Part shown: in pieces, positions 38,739 to 48,345 of the stretch | Layout: each line of letters starts with the position of its first letter | Position numbering within the stretch: the stretch's first letter is position 1 | From: Patellaria atrata CBS 101060 | Lineage: Eukaryota | Direction: 5' to 3' | DNA: 61,808 nucleotides | Assembly (NCBI GenBank): GCA_010093705.1 | Contig: MU006093.1 | Location: 1,447,301-1,509,108 of the forward strand | Translations under genes and position numbers: made by a program | The notes under the pieces: model-generated | Databases searched by the model: none | Told to the model about the DNA's origin: nothing | Seen by the model: only the letters and a program-made list of their open reading frames with translations

Positions 38739-39419
38739 TGTGGGAATCGCCTTGAAAGGAATGATAGACGCATCAGGGCGTGGGCGAACTGGTCCTGGTT
38801 ACGTACCGGGTCGAATGTACTCTGTACAATAGTAGCTTAGCGGGAACATTACGGCGCTGGTATATCCCTCCAATTGTACAAAAGAGAAACTGTATAACAA
38901 AGCGTTTAGGACCTAGACTTCTTACTTCTGAGAAGATGGACAAAAGCGAAAGTTGTGAACAAGTGCCGTAGCATTTCCGCAGTGTCTCCACTCCACACAC
39001 ACTCAGTTTGTGCCCACAAGCATTGAGGATGCCTATGAGGAGTTTTAGGCCCTGGGGATAATCTGAGCATTATCTCAGTAATTTATGTCCTCCATATTAT
39101 TGTACTGTAGCTTCAGCGGACAAACGTCTCGAAAACACTGTCGGAACTCATAGCATCCCCTTAACCATTCTCCGTACAGATGCCTCAATACTGTACAGTA
39201 TACCTCACAAGCCAAATTACTCAAGTAACGTATAATAAAACATTTATGTACCGTACTGTATAAGAAAACCTATTGTACAATATCCGCCGGGATGATACCT
39301 TAATATTCCCCGTCGCCAAGACTTCGGAATGCGAGGAAGCTCGGACTTCAGTCTTGATGGTCTTCGAAGCTCATTTGAGCTCAACCATTTTTGATCTCTA
39401 GCATGTGAACGCGCCGCTT

Positions 39420-41114
39420 ATGCTGAGTAGACGGAGTCATGTCTGCTGGAATAGGCGATTCGCACTTTTCCGCACATTTTATACCAACTTATTGAAGATG
39501 GACAAAAGAACCTACCAAGATGCGCTTGAAGCGCTCAATACGCTTCAGTCCAACTTCGCCGCCGTGCAGGCAATTCGCGATTCGGGATTCGCTGCGCACA
39601 AAGTCGCAATACAAGAGATGATTGAGTGGTGTAGAAAGATAGGTTATGAGGTGTGCGGCTCCCCCCATACTATGTCATCCCCACCGTTTGAGTATTCGCT
39701 GAGTTCCTCCAAGCCCTCGGATTTTGATCGTATCAAACCGATACATGTAGCTGGTACTAAAGGCAAAGGCTCTACCAGCGCGTTTATCTCCTCTATCTTG
39801 ACGCAGTATCGCCAACCTACTACTCAATCCTCACCTAGACTCGACAAAGTTGGACTGTTCACTTCTCCTCATCTCCGGTTTGTTCGCGAACGTATCCAGA
39901 TTAACAATGAGCCATTATCAGAGGAGCAGTTCGCCCGATACTTCTTTGAGCTCTGGGATCGTATGGAGATGGCTTCTCCCACTAAAGATGGGGGTAGCGC
40001 GGTGCAGAAACCGATGTATTTCCGTTATCTTACGTTGATGGCATTACATGCATATTTCTCGGAATCCGTAAATACAGCGATTATAGAATGCGGTATAGGA
40101 GGCGAGTACGATAGTACAAATGTCCTAGTCCACCCAACCATCACAGCAGTTACGAGCTTAGGTATAGATCATACGGCAATGCTAGGCTCAACGATTGGAG
40201 AGATTGCATGGCAAAAAGCAGGAATCTTTAAACCAGGAGCACAAGCTTTCACAGTTCCGCAGCCAGAAGAAGCTATGAATGTTCTAAGACAACGCGCATC
40301 AAAGAAGGGCGTGGACCTAGTTGTCGTAAAACGCCATCCAGACCTCGATAAAATTACACTCGGTCTCCGTGCTGATTTTCAAAAAACAAATGCGAGTCTT
40401 GCAGTTGCGGTTGCGGCGAGCCATCTCCGTGCTTTAGGGTACACGAATATTCCAAATTATCCCGAGCTTCTAAATCAACCGCTGCCACCTGAGTTCAGGC
40501 GCGGCTTGGAACAGGTTCGATGGCCAGGTCGCGCTGATATTCGTAAGGAGAACAATATCACATGGCATCTTGACGGATGCCATACCTTAGAAAGTATCGA
40601 ACTTCTAGGTCGCTGGTTTTCTGAGCAAATTGCATTGTCAGATGGAAAGAATGCTTCACCATCTTCCGGTCTCGATATAGAGAGAGCAGTTGCAAGGCAC
40701 ACCCGTATTCTGGTCTTCAACCAGCAGACCCGTGATGCAAACGGACTCGCTAAGTCTTTACATCGCGTCCTTTCATCATCTTTATCTTCGTCCCAACCGT
40801 TTACACATGCAGTCTTCTGCACAAACACAACATATCCATCTGGTTTCAATCCCGATTTGATATCGTTGAATGCAGATTCAATATCAGTAGATGCCCTAAC
40901 GGTACAAAACGCCTTAGCGGAAATGTGGAAGAAACTAGATGGCGCAACGGAAGTAAAAGTTGTTAAGTCTATAAAAGACGCTCTTGACTGGTGCAGAGAA
41001 GTTGCAAGCACACACGGATACCAGAAGGGGACTGACAGGGAGGTCGAAGTGCTCATAACGGGGAGTATGCACCTTGTAGGTGGTGCACTTGAGGTTTTAG
41101 AGACTGGAAATTAA
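39420..41114 (+). CDS. MET7: Folylpolyglutamate synthase (Met7/Met-6-like); probable in-frame intron 39651-39713
   Basis: RTYQDALEALNTLQSN, IHVAGTKGKGST, LFTSPHL..VRERIQIN, ECGIGGEYDSTN, WPGR, LITGSMHLVGG; exact orthology among FPGS paralogues not tested. Confidence 0.88.
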   Translation: MLSRRSHVCWNRRFALFRTFYTNLLKMDKRTYQDALEALNTLQSNFAAVQAIRDSGFAAHKVAIQEMIEWCRKIGYEVCGSPHTMSSPPFEYSLSSSKPSDFDRIKPIHVAGTKGKGSTSAFISSILTQYRQPTTQSSPRLDKVGLFTSPHLRFVRERIQINNEPLSEEQFARYFFELWDRMEMASPTKDGGSAVQKPMYFRYLTLMALHAYFSESVNTAIIECGIGGEYDSTNVLVHPTITAVTSLGIDHTAMLGSTIGEIAWQKAGIFKPGAQAFTVPQPEEAMNVLRQRASKKGVDLVVVKRHPDLDKITLGLRADFQKTNASLAVAVAASHLRALGYTNIPNYPELLNQPLPPEFRRGLEQVRWPGRADIRKENNITWHLDGCHTLESIELLGRWFSEQIALSDGKNASPSSGLDIERAVARHTRILVFNQQTRDANGLAKSLHRVLSSSLSSSQPFTHAVFCTNTTYPSGFNPDLISLNADSISVDALTVQNALAEMWKKLDGATEVKVVKSIKDALDWCREVASTHGYQKGTDREVEVLITGSMHLVGGALEVLETGN

Positions 41115-41680
41115 GTCTCTTCCTGAACAAAAGAGAGGAATCGTAATGGTCTGTTTACTCACATTGGGACTGAAGGCAGAATCGCTCTCTAAGCATTTCA
41201 ACAGCTTTTAAGGTGGTATAAAAGGGGTGGATAGGAGCCACGGGAGCATAATTTAGGCGCTGTAGAGGGCATGGAGCGCAAGCTCAAAAGATTCAACACT
41301 TTTAAGGCCAATACCTAGCTTAAGAACCTGTATACGATGTTCAGCTGATAAAGTTAGGATTTGTACCCTTTTTCTTGAGTGCCTAGGGTATGGTGAACAT
41401 GTACCATAAAGGGAGTACTTCCCAAAGAGGCAAGTCCGAAGCTTCGCACGTGATCTCTGATTCCACCTCAGTTCTCGTCCTGTGGTCCAGACCATACCTT
41501 AATTCCCCACAATCACAGCAATTATCATTGTCTCTATTCTGCTTGATCTACTACAAGATCGTTTCATCAAAAGGAGTTACAGCTCGTGACTTTCAGATTA
41601 TTGGTAATCTCGTACTGAACAACACATTCTACTATTTCGCATGCATGAGGGTTGGGTCCATATTAAGAAGTTCACATAGA

Positions 41681-43239
41681 ATGGAAAAGACGTATGAAGT
41701 AAAGATCAGAAGCTCTGGCCGTGTGATATCTTCTAATATCCTCTAGAATGCTTTATTGATTCTAAAAAGTAGGGTACGGCCACAGCGTCCAACTAGGGAT
41801 ATTTCTCTTAGAGGCGATGTTCCCCAAACAATTCCAATCCGTAGGGACTCGGACTTTCGAGGGACTCCAAGCATCATTGGCATGTCAAAATGGCTCCAGT
41901 GGCTTGGACATGACGATAAAGATATCAGCCGTTTAAACATTATCCATGTAGCCGGCACAAAAGGCAAAGGTAGCACTTGTGCCTTTGCCGAATCCTTTCT
42001 CAGAGCACATGGTCAACGAACAGGATTTCCTCAGAAAACTGGAATGTATACATCACCGCACTTGCTCTCTCCGGAAGAAAGGATCCGAATAAACTTTCAA
42101 CCAATCTCACGGGATCTCCTGACAAAGTACTTCTTCGAGGTATATGAAACATTGAAAGAGAAGAGCCCGCCAGAAGAATTTGGACGTGTTCCCCGATATC
42201 TGCAATTATGGGCGCTTGTTTCATTTCATACCTTTCTCAGAGAGAGAATCGATGTAGCTATTGTCGAAACTCACCATGGAGGAGAGTATGATGCAACGAA
42301 CTTTATCCAACATCCAGCTGCTACGGTAATTGCAAAGCTGGGGATGGACCATATAGCGCAACTTGGGCCTACAATCGAAAATATCGCGTGGCATAAAGCT
42401 GGGATCTTCAAACCGGGAGCTCCAGCGTTTTCGACCTTCCAGGCGCCCTCACTTGCAAAAGTGCTCGAGACCCGTGCACGGGAGAAAGGTGTACAGTTGA
42501 AATTTGTTTCCGACGAAACTGACCTTCCAGATGATACTTTAAAACTGACATCTCACGTCCAAAGACAGAATGCCGCACTAGCTCTTGCTGCTGTGGAAAG
42601 CGTACTAGACCGACGTGGGTTGAAGCTCACGCGAGATGATGTCGAAGTTGGGGCACAACAATTTTCGTGGCCTGGTCGGTTTCAAATAATCAATGACGAT
42701 GCTCAAAAATGGTTTCTAGACGGAGCTCATAACGATATTAGTGTCAGAGAAGCTGCTAGATGGTTCGCTGACGCCCATATACTGTTATCGCGGGAGCACA
42801 ATCCCGCACTGCGTGTTCTGATATGGAGCCAGATCTCCGACCAAAGGGAGAGTCTAGAAGTACTTGAAATTCTAGCGAGGACTCTGAAAGAGTACAATGT
42901 ACCAATTCAGCATGTTATATTCAGTACATATAATGAACATGAGGGATCGGGTAAGTATATTGTTCAAATGCTTATAATGCAAGATCGGGGAATTAACTGG
43001 TAATAGGGACTTCGTCTCGCCGTGGAATTGATATCCACGATCTTTGGCAACAGTATTCAGATAAGTGGAGATCCGTTGATCCGGATGCCCGCATCTACGA
43101 GGAACCCACAATCGACTCCGCGATGTTGCAGGCGCAGGAGCTCTCAGCATCCGAAGGAGATGCGCATATCTTGCTAACGGGAAGCCAGTATCTTATTGGT
43201 GGTGCGCTTCGCATTTTGCAGAGAAGGATCAAGATTTAG
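41681..43239 (+). CDS. Second, divergent FPGS/FolC-family (Mur-ligase) protein; introns 41699-41746 and 42951-43006
   Basis: MEKTYE|NAL, IIHVAGTKGKGSTC, YTSPHL..EERIRIN, ETHHGGEYDATN, IAWHKAGIFK, WPGRFQ, LDGAHN, last exon LLTGSQYLIGG to TAG. Confidence 0.9.
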
Positions 43240-43468
43240 TTGAATCGGGATATACCCTTCGGCTACCACATTTAAGAAGGTCGCTCTATAGATGAGCATT
43301 ATCAATTGTTCAGCGTATCGTAAGTGCCCATGTTTCATATCGCTGGTTTATTTGGAAATGGTGTCTGAATATGTATATTAGGCCGTTACGACTCGTTACT
43401 GATCATGTTATAACTTCTTTATCATAACCAACTCGAACGAGATTTAGATCTCAACTGCTATACGGCAA

Positions 43469-45421
43469 TCAAAGAACAGCGACCCACTCCCAGTGGTCAT
43501 CTACACCGACTATACCATCCGCCATCAGGACCTCCCCATCCATGATCCCAGAGATAAAAGCCTCCCCAACAAGTCTCATCTTTGACCCTTCCCGTCGTAG
43601 GATATAAGGAACACTGGCTCCCCTTACGATGCAAATCGAGTCTTCTCGTTCTGTACGCTCTGGTACGAGTCCGATACTTCCTGACGTTGTCAGAGCTGGT
43701 CTCCTTTTCAAAGCGGTAACTTTGAGTTGCTGTTCATAGTCTCCCAATCCCAACTCTACCAGATCAAGGTTGTCGATATTGACTGAAGTCAGGTCGCCGA
43801 TCTGTTCTATTAGTTGGTTCACGACGATTCGGCTAAGTCGGTCCTTGGCTCTTCCACGTCGCAACGCCTGGTCTGCTACTGCTGTCTTGTATACAGTACG
43901 CAAATCTACCATGGAGTTTTCTGCACAGCAGTCCTTCCTTAAACCCGTTAAACCATGCAAATCTTTGAGCCACTCACCCACGTTGTGATGCTCTCCCCAC
44001 TTGCGGCCTAACCTACAAACTTTCGAGACTATTCGAATATAGACTAATAAGTCCCTTTCTGTATCAAAATTTACCAGTGGAAGCTTTCTTGGTGGCTCTA
44101 GCGGCGCCAAACCACCCGATGCAAAAAAGGGAGGCTGCATGACCAACTTCGGCAACTGTGAAGAGCGGTCGGTTGCACATTGCTGGAGCATATTACCAGG
44201 TAAAGGATTAGACCAATCTGGTACCCACGAGGGCAAATTTCCATGCCTCTTATAGGAATTGTTCATAGAGAGTATTTCATATAATCCTTTACATATCAAA
44301 GCCCTAGCGGTCTGTATGAAGACGTGTTCCGTGGACTTGGAGTAATCGGAGAGAATTCCTAGGTCCTCGCTGTCTTCGGAAATACCCAAAAATGCGAGAA
44401 CCTTATCTCGAGGGTCAGTCGACTTGAATCTCGATAACCGGCGAATGAGATAGATGAGTGGAGAAATTTCCTTAGTTCTTCTTACTTTTAGGAGATCGAT
44501 TGCGGTGCTGGGATTTATTTCTAAGAGAGCCTTGTTTTCAGCTCCCCCGTGCAGGAGGAAATAAAGGCGATAGTTCCGTATCAGACGAAGGGCATAGTGA
44601 AGCGATTCCTCGGGCACTGATTTCGTTCCGCAGGCGAAAGAAATGCTACCAGCAACAGTTACCTCTTGGACCACCCATGCGCGCTCCCAGTACGGCCGAC
44701 GAAGCAAAGAATGGAGCGAAGATACGACAGAAACACCATTTCTCCTCTTGAAGGAAACCTCTAGATCCTTTACGAACGCATCAAGAGCTGCTTCCGCTAT
44801 ATCCAACTCCGGTACAGAATTCAGTTCATCTGGTGTCTTTCCTGTCATATTCCTCTTCCTCCTTCGCTCGCATACGCTCCTCAATTGTAAAGCAGGCGTG
44901 CTTCCGATCCTCAACTCTCTCGCCTTGCTACCAAATGCTCGAATCCACTCCATCGCTTCATCACTCCCCTCACCACCAGGGCCCAACCATGCCACAACTT
45001 CCGTCGCACGCTCATATATTTCTTTCATGCGTTGTACCTGCTCACTCTTTTCCACCACATCTTCTTGGTTAATACACAGCGCATCCGCCCACAACATAAT
45101 AGGCTCATCTTGAGATCGAAGATGGCGTAGCGCTTGGTCTAGGTTCGCCGTCACTGGGACTCGTACGTTGTCCACGGTTATATTTCGCCGTCCGCCACCT
45201 TGGCACCACGCATACGAGAGCGCAATATAGGATGGTGCTTCATGGAGGCTGAGGACATGGAGACGGCAGAATATAGGTGAGCTTAGCTGCACGATACTGA
45301 GGCAGGTCGAAGACTTGAGGATGCTCTCTTGCAGTGTGAATTTCTCACGAAGGGGAAGGAGCTCGAGAAGACGGACTTGGTGGAGAGGGGGAAGGAGGGG
45401 TTCATAGTGGTACGAAGTCAT
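43469..45421 (-). CDS. Heterokaryon-incompatibility (HET) domain protein, HET-6-like, intronless
   Basis: YIALSYAW, LWADALCINQ.D..EKSEQVQRM..IY..A..VVAWLG, YWERAWVVQEV, TDPRDK, LPSWVPDWS, LVGEAFISGIMDGE. Confidence 0.95.
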   Translation of the reverse strand: MTSYHYEPLLPPLHQVRLLELLPLREKFTLQESILKSSTCLSIVQLSSPIFCRLHVLSLHEAPSYIALSYAWCQGGGRRNITVDNVRVPVTANLDQALRHLRSQDEPIMLWADALCINQEDVVEKSEQVQRMKEIYERATEVVAWLGPGGEGSDEAMEWIRAFGSKARELRIGSTPALQLRSVCERRRKRNMTGKTPDELNSVPELDIAEAALDAFVKDLEVSFKRRNGVSVVSSLHSLLRRPYWERAWVVQEVTVAGSISFACGTKSVPEESLHYALRLIRNYRLYFLLHGGAENKALLEINPSTAIDLLKVRRTKEISPLIYLIRRLSRFKSTDPRDKVLAFLGISEDSEDLGILSDYSKSTEHVFIQTARALICKGLYEILSMNNSYKRHGNLPSWVPDWSNPLPGNMLQQCATDRSSQLPKLVMQPPFFASGGLAPLEPPRKLPLVNFDTERDLLVYIRIVSKVCRLGRKWGEHHNVGEWLKDLHGLTGLRKDCCAENSMVDLRTVYKTAVADQALRRGRAKDRLSRIVVNQLIEQIGDLTSVNIDNLDLVELGLGDYEQQLKVTALKRRPALTTSGSIGLVPERTEREDSICIVRGASVPYILRREGSKMRLVGEAFISGIMDGEVLMADGIVGVDDHWEWVAVL

Positions 45422-46374
45422 GGTAAGTTCATTTGATTTGACAATCGAAGGGGAGTCGATGCATCAAGAGGACTTGTTCACAGCTTTGAGGCCGTTCTGT
45501 AGGTATTCAGGCCGAACTCCAGAAGTATAGCTATCAGCATTAAATTCAAAGAGTATACAAGGCATCAAGGGCCCGACAATAGTTGCACAACTAAAATACT
45601 AGAACACCGGACCTTTGACACGACTTTCAACACCAGCTCTCCGCAAGGCTGAAACTCACCCATCACCCCGGTTGAAGCTTTCACAAGCTTTCCCACCCTG
45701 CATTCCAGCCTTCTCAAAACAATCCCCTACTTATTCCCTCCACTCAATCCCCTATATCCCTCGTAACAACATCAAAACTCCATAAACCCCGATGGCTTAT
45801 AGCTACCGTAGACGCCTGGTTTCAAACCCTAAAACAAACTTCCTACACGAACGGTTTAGGAAGTTTGAGCGTACGGGGTAGTCAATCGGTTAGATATTCT
45901 AAGGGTTCTGTCCACTGGTATTCGGCTGCGTCCGAGGGCGGTTGCATAGTATTACAATGGACAGGGCTGTGGTTGGAGTTCGTGTTGCGTGGGGGCCGGA
46001 ACGGAGGGAACGCGTGGTCCTTGCTGGGACGTGAGGTGGAATTATAGAAACGGTTTGCTCTTGTATAATGGATTGAGTGAGGATAAAGTTATCTAGATTT
46101 GATAACATATGTGTTTTTGATTCTAATACCACAAGCTATCATTGCAGTTCTTTAGAGCGATTGTTGCTTCGTCACGAGGAAATTTTTGGAGTGATATACC
46201 AATTTTATGCTTCTATATATTTATTGCACTATCATTTTCCCATCCTACTGCCATACTAAGTGATTTTTATCCATTATCGTACAATGACTTTTACAGATCC
46301 ACAATATTATACATGGTTCCCAATAACCTCCCAAAACGCCGTACCATGCAAATCCATGAATGAAACATTACACC

Positions 46375-48345
46375 TTAGTTCGCGCTATCCGTAACCGCCG
46401 AATGGGTACTCCATCCACCCACCCAGACTGGGAAATCACTAGCCGACTCGGCCGGCTTAATCTCGATACTCTGGACCACGACCTTAAAATCCGGGACGTC
46501 CGTCTTCGGCACGATAACCCCCTGTCTCTGGACCTCCCAATGCAGATTCTTAGCTAGATATGCAACCACGGTCTCCTCATCGAGGCTCTCCAGCTCACCG
46601 GACTGATGCTTCTTCGCGAGCGCCTGGGTCAAAACGACGGAATTGGTGATCACAACGTCATTATCCGGTGTATACGGATTCGACATCGAGGTCTGGGCAC
46701 CGAGGAAGTTGGGGTCCTTAGCCCAGGCCTTGGGATCGTGGTTGAAGTCGCCGAGGAAGAGGCCGACGCTGAAGGTGCCCTCGAGGCCGATCCAGGGCAT
46801 AGAGACCTTGGCGACATAGTCGCGGGGCGCGGTGGAGCTGCCATCAGCGCGCTTGGTGATGATACCTTGAACGGTACTGCCGTAGAGGGCATTAATTTTC
46901 GCTTTGAGGGTGTCGTTAGTGGCACCGACGAGCTCGGGGTAGGTGTATCCGAAGTTTGTGATGCCACGGGAGTTGGCGGAGGTGAAGAATGAGCCTGCCG
47001 TGTCCCTGTGGAAAGGAGTCAAGTTGGAGTTTGCGTTCTGGGAGCTCCCTTTCTTTATGGTGTACGTGGGACCCTTTTGGCTAGCGGATTCGACATAAGT
47101 TGATGGATAGAGCGCTTGCCAAAGAGCAAGCATGCGGTCCACATTGCAGTGATGAAGCCAAAATGCGGGATCGAAAGCTGCTGCGGGGGGCCAGCCCATA
47201 TGTCCACTGCCAAAAGCGCTGTGGATGTTGTCATGAAGGGATTCAAGATTCCCAATCGAGCCTCCCGAAGCCTTGTTGCTGAAGGTTTGGTACTTCTGTG
47301 TCTGAGTGAACAACTTATATAATTGGGCACGGTTATAATTGAGATTGCCTTTCAACTCCTTTTCTAAGGCAGCATCATTGCTCACGGCGCTGGCTGTTGA
47401 AGAACTGGGCTGGCGTAAAGTTGTTTTCCACTCATCAAACGGTGGCATATTCTACAAGGTATTAGACGACTACAGAAATTGACATCCGCGCTGGGAAACT
47501 TACATTATTAGGATCGGGGAAGTCAGCAGCCCGTAGGGGATTGAAATTATAGGTATACAAAGGATTCTGGATGGTTGCTGTAGTCCCATTCGGATAGGTG
47601 ACAGAAATGGTCTTTGTCGACATGCTTGCCGGCATGACTGTTCCGCCTGCAGGATCAATCGCCCAATCCCAATAAGGGAGACGTAGTTCATTTGCCGCAG
47701 CGACGTATTTGTCTTTGTTGGTACCAGCGGGAAGAGCATTTGCTATTTCTTTCGCCTTCTGCTGAAGTACTTGCTATATTGATGTCAGTTGCAATTCAAG
47801 ATTGAGCGCATCTTAACATTACCTCAAACAGGACTATGTAAGGCTTATGCCACGGCCCGAATATATTGCTCCCGTGGGGACAGTATCCCCAATTTCCTGA
47901 TCCCGAGACCCGGTCCCAGGCGGAATACGGTGCGCCATGTATCCCTTATTGTCCCGTTAGTTAAAAAAATACCAACTGACCAGAGCGCACCGAATCCAGA
48001 CTGCCGGAACGATAACAATGATATGGATGCTTCCATCGGAGGCGAGAGGAGGAACCTACCGGCAATCTGATAATATGATTCCCGGGTCGTCTGGTCCATA
48101 GCCTTGAACCTCTCCATTGCTAGAAGGAAGAGATTCCACATCTCGGGTTTTGTGGAAGCCAAAGTACGAATCTCGAGGCGAGGTTGGACCCCTCCATCCG
48201 TCACACCAGTAATAGCGAAGTATTGTTGCTGCCGCGACTTTATTGCGTGTGGTAGTTCAGAATTGTGCTCTAATGGCAGAGCGAGAGAGTATTTAAGGTT
48301 TAGTGATGCTGCTAGGAAGCAGACAACCTTAGAGAAGGAAACCAT
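46375..48345 (-). CDS. Secreted tyrosinase (type-3 copper) with C-terminal cap domain; three introns
   Basis: Signal peptide; spliced CuA GIHGAP..GYCPH..FGPWHKPY; LRLPYWDW; CuB LESLHDNIH..GHM..AAFDPAFWLHHCNVDR; FGYTYPE. Confidence 0.94.
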
